From the IMG/VR virus record IMGVR_UViG_3300049138_000182, positions 6,113 to 70,112 of that record: DNA of 64,000 bases. The stretch is one strand, 5' to 3'. Below are positions 38,226 to 45,232 of the stretch, piece after piece (the first letter of the stretch is position 1; every line of letters begins with the position of its first letter). This DNA comes from a virus. Position numbers and translations under genes: made by a program. The notes below the pieces were generated by a model. It was not told where the DNA came from and ran no database searches. It worked only from the letters and a program-made list of their open reading frames with translations.

Positions 38226-38740
38226 TGCCCAGTATGCGGCCGGCCGTACTGCTCGACGTCGACGGCGTGCTCAATCCGGACCGGTGGCAGCATGGGTTTC
38301 GCAGCCATCAGGTCGTAGTGGACTTCTCGACGTACGAGGTGCGGATGAATCCTGAGCACGGTCAGTGGTTGAAGGATCTGACTGAGGACTTCGGCGCCGA
38401 GCTCTTGTGGGCGTCGTTCTGGAACGAGGACGCCAATGACCACATCGGCCCGCGGCTCGGTCTCCCCCGTCTGCCGGTTGTCGAGATCGACGAGACGATT
38501 CTGGAGATCCCTGGCGCGCTGAGCACCCGCGAGGCTGAGTGGAAGTCGGCGTGTGTGGCGAGCTGGGCGGATCTGCGTCCGTTCGTGTGGTTCGATGACG
38601 CCGAGGGCCTGGAGGAGAAGGTGTTGCTCCATCCGCAGATCGGCCGGCATCTGATCGTGCCGGTGGATGGTAGGCGTGGACTCACCTGGGAGCATGTCGA
38701 GACGGCGAGGAAGTGGTTGACGGAGGTCGTTGCCACTTAG
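38225..38740 (+). CDS. HAD phosphatase, Swiss-army-knife RNA-repair-like family
   Basis: LLDVDGVLN, WASFW, K, PFVWFDD. Confidence 0.8.
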   Translation: MPSMRPAVLLDVDGVLNPDRWQHGFRSHQVVVDFSTYEVRMNPEHGQWLKDLTEDFGAELLWASFWNEDANDHIGPRLGLPRLPVVEIDETILEIPGALSTREAEWKSACVASWADLRPFVWFDDAEGLEEKVLLHPQIGRHLIVPVDGRRGLTWEHVETARKWLTEVVAT

Positions 38741-38758
38741 GTGTTGGTGAAGCACAGG

Positions 38759-38797
38759 AAAAGGCCCCCCGAGCGGGATTTCTCGGGGGGCCTTTTC
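38759..38797. terminator. bidirectional intrinsic terminator
   Basis: AAAAGGCCCCCCGAG...CTCGGGGGGCCTTTT. Confidence 0.8.
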
Positions 38798-38818
38798 GTC
38801 TCTTGTGTGGGAGAGGCT

Positions 38819-39463
38819 TCATTCGGCCATCTGGAGGGCCTTGTCAAGTGATATGTGGGTCATGCCTTGTAGGTGGAACACCTGCGTGAGGGCTAGTGTC
38901 TTTCTGTGGTAGCGCGCGTGTCGGTCCCAGGAGATGAAAACGTCGCGATTGACGATGACAGGTACGTGTTGGAAGCCCGGTCTGAACACGTGTGCCAGGA
39001 CGCCAGCGGGCGTTGCGTTGGCGACGGTGTGGATCGACATGTTGTCACGTAACATCGGGCATTCGATGACGGCTATCCTGAGGCAGTTCCAGCATGTGGG
39101 TGGAGCGTTCGTATGCCCGCTGTGAGTTCCTGTCGGCTTGAAAACTGTTCGGGTGAGTACCCACGGGCTTATGCCGGTACGCCGGTCAAGCGTTGGCTTG
39201 CCGCACACCTGGCACAGTAGGTTGTCCATGGCTCGCCATTGGCGAAGGGTGTTGAAGGTCTTCATACGCTCTGGTCCGCGTTTGTCTACTTGGTCGCGTA
39301 GGTCTTGTACGCGGACTCGAAGTACGCCGTTGACGCGGTCCTCGGGGCGCTCGTCCGGGTAGGCGAGGCGCAGTCCGCCAGCGTCAGGCACAAAGGTGAC
39401 TGGGTCATGTACCACCTCATTAGCGAAGGCGACCACATACGGTATGACGCTGTAGGGCGTCAT
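38819..39463 (-). CDS. conserved actinomycete hypothetical protein
   Basis: RQWRAM..LLCQVCG...PPTC..C...CP; divergent from GntR. Confidence 0.7.
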   Translation of the reverse strand: MTPYSVIPYVVAFANEVVHDPVTFVPDAGGLRLAYPDERPEDRVNGVLRVRVQDLRDQVDKRGPERMKTFNTLRQWRAMDNLLCQVCGKPTLDRRTGISPWVLTRTVFKPTGTHSGHTNAPPTCWNCLRIAVIECPMLRDNMSIHTVANATPAGVLAHVFRPGFQHVPVIVNRDVFISWDRHARYHRKTLALTQVFHLQGMTHISLDKALQMAE

Positions 39464-39717
39464 TTCTGTGCTCCTCCTTCGCGATCCGGCAAGATCAGCG
39501 CACGTCGGCGTCTGTGTCTTGGTCTGGGGTTTTGGTGTCGTCCTTCGGCTCTGTGAGAGGCAGCCGCCATCTGACGCGGGCCATCTCGTCACCGAGGGCT
39601 CTAAGGAACGCGGAGTTCATGCGCCTATCCTAGGAGGGTCATAGTGTAGTACGCCATACCCTACTCACGGAGACGGGCCATCGCTAGATCGTAGTGGCGT
39701 TACCTATCGTCTGGTGC

Positions 39718-39969
39718 GTGATCGAACTCAAGGACAATCAGCCGAAGTGGCGGCAGATTGCCAAAATTCTCGCCGGCCGCATCGTGGACGGGACGTACGC
39801 GCCTGGTACGAAGATTCCGACTGTCCTTGAGATCGTGGGCGAGTTCAAGGTCGCCAACAGGACGGCCCAGAAGGCAGTCCAGGCGCTGCGTGATGAGGGC
39901 CTGATTTATACCGAGTACGGTATGGGCAGCTTTGTGGTGGAAAAGGAGGAAGCCCCCGACCAAGATTGA
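39718..39969 (+). CDS. GntR-family winged-HTH regulator
   Basis: WRQIA..L..RI..GTYAPG.KIPT...EFKVA..TAQKA...LRDEGL....GMGSFV. Confidence 0.9.
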   Translation: MIELKDNQPKWRQIAKILAGRIVDGTYAPGTKIPTVLEIVGEFKVANRTAQKAVQALRDEGLIYTEYGMGSFVVEKEEAPDQD

Positions 39970-40003
39970 TCGGGGGCTTCGTGTTGAGCTTCTTCTTCAA
40001 CGG

Positions 40004-40555
40004 TCAGTGCAGGCCCTTGGCTTCGGGGAGCTCGTTGAAGATCTGGGCCGACGTGCCGGTCGGGGCAGCATGGGCTGGGTCCTTGCGGTAGCCCATCCGC
40101 CAGAGCTTGCTGCTGCACGCGGTAGAGCCGAGGGGCAGGTTGATTCCGGCCTTGATGAGGTCTCGCTGGATAGCGTTGATCGTGCTAGCGCCGGGAGCGC
40201 TGTGGGACGTGGCCAACGCCTCGGACAGTTGCCAGATGAGTCGGATGATCTCGGCCCCGTCGAGGCGCTCGGCGAGAGCGAAACCATAGGTGATCTGGAC
40301 CTGTCGAATGTCGCCGTATACGGGGTCGACTGCGAACTTGGTGTCGCTGCCTATCGGCTTTTCGATGACGAGCATGTCGAGGTCGGCCGCGGCTACGAGG
40401 TTTCGGATGAGTCCTGGGATGTCCTTCTTGGGGAGGTTGACGTACCTGTCTTCACCTTCGACGCGGACGTAGAGCTCCCAGCCGGACTCGTTGGTGAAGG
40501 TCTGCAGTTGGACCTGGTCTCCGTCGACGTCGGTGTGGAGGATGTGTCGGGTCAT
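40004..40555 (-). CDS. hypothetical protein, third gene of the Ro60 operon
   Basis: ATGA overlap with the exonuclease stop. Confidence 0.65.
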   Translation of the reverse strand: MTRHILHTDVDGDQVQLQTFTNESGWELYVRVEGEDRYVNLPKKDIPGLIRNLVAAADLDMLVIEKPIGSDTKFAVDPVYGDIRQVQITYGFALAERLDGAEIIRLIWQLSEALATSHSAPGASTINAIQRDLIKAGINLPLGSTACSSKLWRMGYRKDPAHAAPTGTSAQIFNELPEAKGLH

Positions 40556-41214
40556 GCTGTGAGTGCCATTCCTTGGTCGAGGGTGAGAGCTCCGGTGGTG
40601 ATCTTGTCGTGGAGGTCGCGGACGAGGCGGGCGTCACCGATGGCTGTGTGGGCTTCGTACTGGTCGGGGAAGAGGCTGAAGGCCTTGCACAGGTTGACGT
40701 ACTTCCACGGCAGCGTCTCGACGAGGTCGGTGAGCAGGCTGACCATCTCTGGGTTTTTGCGTCCGCCTTGGGCGAGGATGCCGCGGATGTAGCCGATGGC
40801 CACGTTCTCGATATCGATGAGGTGGTAGTGCGCGGTCCAGCATTGCCCGTTGTCGGCGAGGAACTTGCGCAGGAACCTGAAGTCGAAATCTGGGACGGCC
40901 CCGACGATCGTGGCGCCGTCGACCATGGGTGCCAGAATGCCGGCGAGCTTCGCTGAGCTCATGGTGGTGAGGTGGTTGCCGTTGCTGTCGAGCTGGACGA
41001 CGTCGGGGAGTCGGGATTCGACTTGGATGCGTTCGTAGTAGCGGCTGATGCGCAGGCTGGTGGGGTTGGCGTCTTCGAGGTTCGGGCGGATCTGCCAGAG
41101 GTATTCGATGTCGTCTTCGCCGGGGTCGCGGACGATGGCTCCGATTTCCCAGACTTCGCCGTTGCGTTCGTCCAGGGATGTCGTTTCGGTGTCCAGGTAG
41201 ATGAGGCGGGTCAT
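40552..41214 (-). CDS. DEDDh (DnaQ-like) 3'-5' exonuclease
   Basis: YLDTETT (Exo I), VGAVPDFDFRFL (Exo II), HTAIGDA (Exo III). Confidence 0.88.
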   Translation of the reverse strand: MTRLIYLDTETTSLDERNGEVWEIGAIVRDPGEDDIEYLWQIRPNLEDANPTSLRISRYYERIQVESRLPDVVQLDSNGNHLTTMSSAKLAGILAPMVDGATIVGAVPDFDFRFLRKFLADNGQCWTAHYHLIDIENVAIGYIRGILAQGGRKNPEMVSLLTDLVETLPWKYVNLCKAFSLFPDQYEAHTAIGDARLVRDLHDKITTGALTLDQGMALTA

Positions 41215-42980
41215 GCGGCCACCTGCTCGTTCTGCTCCCAGGGCCAGACGCCCTTCTTTGCGGCTTCGATGTTGAGGATTTGGGCGAAGGTGGAGTCGGT
41301 CATGCCGCCGAGCTCGTACATGCCGGGCTTGCCGTCCATGACGGTCTCCTTGTAGCCGCCTGTGTTGAAGCCGTAGAAGGGGATGCCGTCGGGCAGCTTG
41401 AAGCCGGCCAAGCGGCTGGCGTCGTGGCGGTTGTTGTAACCGCTGTAGTAGCTGCTGTAGTAGCTGCTGGGTGTCATGTACCGGCAGGTCTGCATGTCGG
41501 TGATGGCGATGACGCGGTCGTGGCCCTTGTAGGTCTGGGCGACGGAGTTGAAGAGCTGGGTGCCGTGGCCGACTTCGCCGATGCGCTTGATGAAGCGCTC
41601 GACTTCGCGCAGGACGCTGGAGCCCCTCTTCACCTCGTGGGTGAACACGCCGTCGGCGAAGCCGACCAGGTCGACGTTGTTGCCCTTGATGGCGAGTGCG
41701 GTGCCGAAAAGGGCGGCGGTCATGACGTGGCTCATCTTGGACTTGTCGCTGACGAGTGACTGCATGCTGGCTGAGGTGTCGACCAGGACGAGGGTTCGGC
41801 CGGGAAAGGCAGGGATGTTACGCACGGAGTGGTTGAGGGCGGCTTCGATTGCCGGCGACCAGCGGTAGGTCTCGGTGTTGAGCTGGGCGGACAGGAACCG
41901 GTAGGGAAGTTGCCGGCTCTTGGCGACCTGCTCGGGGTCGGACAGGCGGACCCGGACCTTGTGTGCGACTGCGTCGGAGACGCCGGCCTGGTCGAAGTTG
42001 CGCAGGTTTCGCAGCAAGGCCATGTAGCCCATGGTGGGGATCATGGCTTCCCAGGCAGCGGCGTCCATGGGGCCCTGGAGCCAGCCGGCGAGGGATTCCC
42101 AGGTCATGCCCGCGGCCTTGAGCCACTGCTGGCCGTCGGGCGACAGGATGAGTGCGCGGCGCTCGGTTACGGGGACGGCCATGAGCTTGACGCGCTCGCG
42201 GATCATTGGCAGCCGGTCGGAAATGACGATCTGATCGCGGTTGTGGCGCTTGGCCAGGGCGTAGCCGAACAGGTCGTACTGGTAGGTGCTGCGGATCTCG
42301 GGGTGGTGGTAGGCCGGCTGGGTCATGTCGATGACGTCGGCCATGCGGACGGCGCGGGCTTCGGAGTCCCACTTGAGGTAGTTGAACTCGGTGTAGAGCT
42401 TCTTGGCGCCGTCGGCCAGGGCGCGCTTGACGGAGATCGGGATGGGCCGGCCGTAGCGGCTGACCCAGTAGGCGAGGAGTTCGCCGGGCTCGTCGGCGCG
42501 GACCAGGGCGGCGTTGATGAGGCGGCGGTTGGTGAAGTGCTCGCCGTAGGTGCCCTCGGCCTTGAGGACGGTGCTGTGGCTGGTCCAGCACTGGCGACAC
42601 GTTCGGCCGCCTTCGCAGACGAGGTCCTTTTGGCCGGCGTCGAGGCGGGCCTTGACCCCCTCGGCGGCGATGACGATGGCCGCGGTGCGGATGTTGGCGG
42701 TGTTGCGGAGCCAGGTGGTGAAGCGGGTCAGCCAGGGCAGGTCGTCGATGGCGACCTGGTGGGCGAGGTCGATGAGCCGCTCGGTGCGGGTGTTGGCCTT
42801 CTCGTAGAAGGTGTTCTCGCCGAAGAAGGTGGTGGTGGCGGTGAGGAAGAGTTCGCCCTTGGCGTCGCGGGTGTAGGCGGGGGCGCCTTCGTGGGTGCGG
42901 GTGTTGGGCCGGGTTGTGGTGGTCGTGATCAGCGGCGCTGGGCGGGCTGCTGCGACTGTTCGGGTGTTGATTCTGGACAT
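41211..42980 (-). CDS. rsr: Ro60/Rsr ortholog (TROVE plus vWA domain)
   Basis: THEGAPAY.RDAK.ELF, RADEPGELLAYW, MTWESL, MGYMALLRNLRNF, SRQLPYRFLSA; vWA MIDAS VLVDTSASM and ITDMQ. Confidence 0.95.
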   Translation of the reverse strand: MSRINTRTVAAARPAPLITTTTTRPNTRTHEGAPAYTRDAKGELFLTATTTFFGENTFYEKANTRTERLIDLAHQVAIDDLPWLTRFTTWLRNTANIRTAAIVIAAEGVKARLDAGQKDLVCEGGRTCRQCWTSHSTVLKAEGTYGEHFTNRRLINAALVRADEPGELLAYWVSRYGRPIPISVKRALADGAKKLYTEFNYLKWDSEARAVRMADVIDMTQPAYHHPEIRSTYQYDLFGYALAKRHNRDQIVISDRLPMIRERVKLMAVPVTERRALILSPDGQQWLKAAGMTWESLAGWLQGPMDAAAWEAMIPTMGYMALLRNLRNFDQAGVSDAVAHKVRVRLSDPEQVAKSRQLPYRFLSAQLNTETYRWSPAIEAALNHSVRNIPAFPGRTLVLVDTSASMQSLVSDKSKMSHVMTAALFGTALAIKGNNVDLVGFADGVFTHEVKRGSSVLREVERFIKRIGEVGHGTQLFNSVAQTYKGHDRVIAITDMQTCRYMTPSSYYSSYYSGYNNRHDASRLAGFKLPDGIPFYGFNTGGYKETVMDGKPGMYELGGMTDSTFAQILNIEAAKKGVWPWEQNEQVAA

Positions 42981-43051
42981 GAAAAATGCGGCTCCTCACC
43001 GAATTGGAGGGGGAATTCGGGAGGAGCCGCGTCCAGGAAAGCTGAGAGAGT

Positions 43052-43193
43052 GGTGTCCGATAACCAGGGGATGACGGGTTTACGTACGCGTTCTGCCACT
43101 AAACTATGCCCCGGTATGGTCGGGGCAGCAGGAATCGAACCTGCGCTACGCTCACCCAAAGAGAAGTATCCGTCATCGAATACTTCGGACACC
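43052..43193 (-). ncRNA. YrlA-like Y RNA unit 1 (T/acceptor/D module; UUUGGGU Pro-type loop)
   Basis: GGTGTCCGAAGT...TCGGACACC terminal stem; GCAGG-TTCGATT-CCTGC; closed acceptor TGCCCCG/CGGGGCA; TAGTTTAGTGGCAGAAC. Confidence 0.85.
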
Positions 43194-43222
43194 GCGTTTT
43201 CGCTTGTGCGGAGAAAAGGCCC

Positions 43223-43331
43223 CTCCCGATAATTGGGTGGCGACGGGTTGCTCTGCCATTTGAGCTACACGACCGCTAGTGTCGTGCATGGATTCGAACC
43301 ACGAAGTATCCGTTACCTGTCACTTCGGGAG
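43223..43331 (-). ncRNA. YrlA-like Y RNA unit 2 (T/acceptor/D module, no anticodon hairpin)
   Basis: CTCCCGAAGTG...TCGGGAG; GTGGTTCGAATCCAT; AGCTCAAATGGCAGAGC. Confidence 0.85.
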
Positions 43332-43344
43332 AGTGACGTTTGAT

Positions 43345-43490
43345 CGTTTTCGAGAACTTGTTGGTTCGCGGGCCTTAGATATGCTGCCGTTACACCACAC
43401 CGGCCATGAAAGGGCCGGTGCTGGGATTCGAACCCAGTCCTTCGCTTTTCGAGAGCGATGAAGTATCCGCGATCCTGCACTTCGAAAACG
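43345..43490 (-). ncRNA. YrlA-like Y RNA unit 3 (CUCGAAA Ser-type loop)
   Basis: CGTTTTCGAAGTG...TCGAAAACG; CTGGGTTCGAATCCCAG; TGGTGTAACGGCAGCAT. Confidence 0.85.
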
Positions 43491-43510
43491 TGAAGATTAT
43501 GAAGTTGTGT

Positions 43511-43584
43511 TGGCCTGAGAACTGAGTGGCTCGACCGTTGTTTTCATTATCAGTGAAGAACTGCCGGGCTTTCACTTCAGGCCA
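43511..43584 (-). ncRNA. minimal Y RNA unit 4 (CUGAUAA Ile-type hairpin only)
   Basis: TGGCCTGAAGTG...TCAGGCCA; TTCA-CTGATAA-TGAA. Confidence 0.75.
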
Positions 43585-43599
43585 GGGAAGTGCGAGTGT

Positions 43600-43737
43600 G
43601 TCTCCGAAAACTGGGGTGGCGACGGGTTTTTAGAGTCCTAGGCCGCTAGACGACGTCGGCATGGAGCCGACGGCAGGATTCGAACCTGCGTCTCTCTCTT
43701 GGAAGGAGAAGTATCCGTTACCTGTCACTTCGGAAAC
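43600..43737 (-). ncRNA. YrlA-like Y RNA unit 5 (CUUCCAA Gly-type loop)
   Basis: GTTTCCGAAGTG...TCGGAGAC; GCAGGTTCGAATCCTGC; TCGTCTAGCGGCCTAGGAC. Confidence 0.85.
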
Positions 43738-43750
43738 GTGTATTGAGTTG

Positions 43751-43894
43751 TGCGTTCCGAGAACGAGTTGGCCGAGGGTGTGACTTAGGCCTCTCGTCTA
43801 CGTCCAGGCCGGGCCGGGTCTGGACGACGGGATTCGAACCCGCGTTCATCTGTTGTTGTTGATGAAGTAGCCACGGCCTGCACTTCGGAACGTG
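43751..43894 (-). ncRNA. YrlA-like Y RNA unit 6 (AACAACAACA loop)
   Basis: CGTTCCGAAGTG...TCGGAACG; GCGGGTTCGAATCCCGT. Confidence 0.85.
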
Positions 43895-43907
43895 TGAAGT
43901 TTTGGTG

Positions 43908-44043
43908 GGTTGCCCGAAAACTGGGCGGAAACGGAACGTAAGTGCTCTGCCGACTGAGCTACCCGCATTGCTGCGGAGAGGGACTTGAACCCCCGACCTC
44001 TCGCTTAAAGGGCGAAGTAACCGTTTCCTACACTTCGGACACC
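43908..44043 (-). ncRNA. YrlA-like Y RNA unit 7 (CCUUUAA Lys-type loop)
   Basis: GGTGTCCGAAGTG...TCGGGCAACC; GGGGGTTCAAGTCCCTC; AGCTCAGTCGGCAGAGC. Confidence 0.85.
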
Positions 44044-44055
44044 GATGTTCAGTTG

Positions 44056-44180
44056 TTCCGCCTGAAAACTACCGGGCTGCGATTGGGTCGTGCTGTGAGG
44101 GATCTCTAGTTCCCTCGTTTGCCAGAGTTGAACTGACGCTCTCCAGAGAAGTAATCGCTGTCCTGCACTTCAGGCGGGGA
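44056..44180 (-). ncRNA. YrlA-like Y RNA unit 8 (degenerate tRNA module)
   Basis: CCGCCTGAAGTG...TCAGGCGG; GTCAGTTCAACTCTGGC. Confidence 0.75.
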
Positions 44181-44193
44181 AGTCTATGGGGGT

Positions 44194-44277
44194 GACACTC
44201 GAAAACTGGGTGACGCCGGCTTTTCGCGATTGTCCCGTAAACAATTGAAGTATCCGGCAGTCCGCACTTCGAGTATC
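44194..44277 (-). ncRNA. minimal Y RNA unit 9 (UUACGGG Arg-type hairpin only)
   Basis: GATACTCGAAGTG...TCGAGTGTC; ATTGT-TTACGGG-ACAAT. Confidence 0.75.
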
Positions 44278-44453
44278 GAAAGTTTTTGTGAGTTCCGGAG
44301 AGGCAGGCTCAAGCCCTTGAGTTTGGTGGATCTGCCTCTCCGGTGCCCCTGGTAAGGCCTTGCTGTTGTCCGGCCTTCCGCGTTTTGCTGCGGTTGGCCT
44401 CGCATGAATGAATCTATTAGGCCGCCAGCGGGGACGCAACCTGGAGAGACGGT

Positions 44454-44475
44454 AGGTACAACCTAGGTTGTACCT
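44454..44475. promoter_or_regulatory. perfect 22-bp palindrome (operator candidate) between divergent units
   Basis: AGGTACAACCT|AGGTTGTACCT. Confidence 0.55.
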
Positions 44476-44511
44476 TTATAAGTCTTGGGCGTGTCGCTCT
44501 AGCCTTGAGGC

Positions 44512-44859
44512 ATGGCGGGCACTTATCATTTCACTTTTTTCGCGCGCCGGTCGAATGAGTACGCGATGACCTGGAAGCGCGATCGTGAACCGGTGCCCAT
44601 GGGGGCCGGCTGGACGGCGCGCATGCAGTGTCGTGATCGGCCGGACGGCCGGCTGATGACCGAGTGGTCGACGGCGGACGGCTCGATCGTCCTGGGCGCG
44701 ACCGACGGCACGATCCGATTGAGCAAGAGCGCCGAGGACACCGAGTGGGTCGGCTGGCGCCATGGCGTCTACGACTTGGTCTTGACCGACCCCGATGGTG
44801 CTGAGCTGGCGCCACTGCTGGTGGGGACCTTCGATGTCGTTGCGGCGGTGACCGTGTGA
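44512..44859 (+). CDS. virion-associated protein (tail fibre or decoration accessory)
   Basis: WTARMQ.R...GTIRL...GVYDL.L beta-rich pattern; TAGCCT -10 suggests a leaderless start. Confidence 0.6.
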   Translation: MAGTYHFTFFARRSNEYAMTWKRDREPVPMGAGWTARMQCRDRPDGRLMTEWSTADGSIVLGATDGTIRLSKSAEDTEWVGWRHGVYDLVLTDPDGAELAPLLVGTFDVVAAVTV

Positions 44860-45224
44860 TCGAGGTCGTCGAGATCGTCGGCCCGCTCGTCGCGGTAGAG
44901 GCGGGTGGTAAGGCCGCCGTCGTTGAGATCGGCCAGCCTGGGCCGGAGGGTCCTGTCGGGCCTGTCGGTCCGGAGGGTCCTGTCGGTCCGGTCGGGCCGG
45001 AGGGTCCGGTCGGTCCTACTGGCGGCATGTACGAGCGGGTGGCCATGTTCGCCAGCCCTTTGGATGTATGGCTGGCCGAGCACGATATCGGGATCATCCC
45101 CTCCGTGTACGCCTTTGACAGCAATGACGAGCCTGTTTACGGCGACGTGTCGTATCCCACCGCGCAGAGCGTCCGCGTCGAGTGGGCGTGGCCCATGGCC
45201 GGTCGCCTCGTTATGACCACCTGA
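44856..45224 (+). CDS. collagen-like (G-X-Y) fibre protein
   Basis: GPEGPVGPV tandem repeats. Confidence 0.75.
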   Translation: MIEVVEIVGPLVAVEAGGKAAVVEIGQPGPEGPVGPVGPEGPVGPVGPEGPVGPTGGMYERVAMFASPLDVWLAEHDIGIIPSVYAFDSNDEPVYGDVSYPTAQSVRVEWAWPMAGRLVMTT

Positions 45225-45232
45225 GGAGACCT

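Noticed and set aside
41818-43232. Long ORFs 41829-43232 (+) and 41818-42999 (-)
   Set aside because: Shadow frames of the GC3-biased Ro60 gene
43052-44277. tRNA gene cluster or CRISPR array
   Set aside because: T-arms precede D-arms and acceptor stems are closed hairpins with no CCA, so these are not canonical tRNAs. Repeats are not identical, the variable parts are structured, and no cas genes are present.
44935-45020. Tandem DNA repeat
   Set aside because: Explained by collagen-like GPEGPVGPV coding repeats
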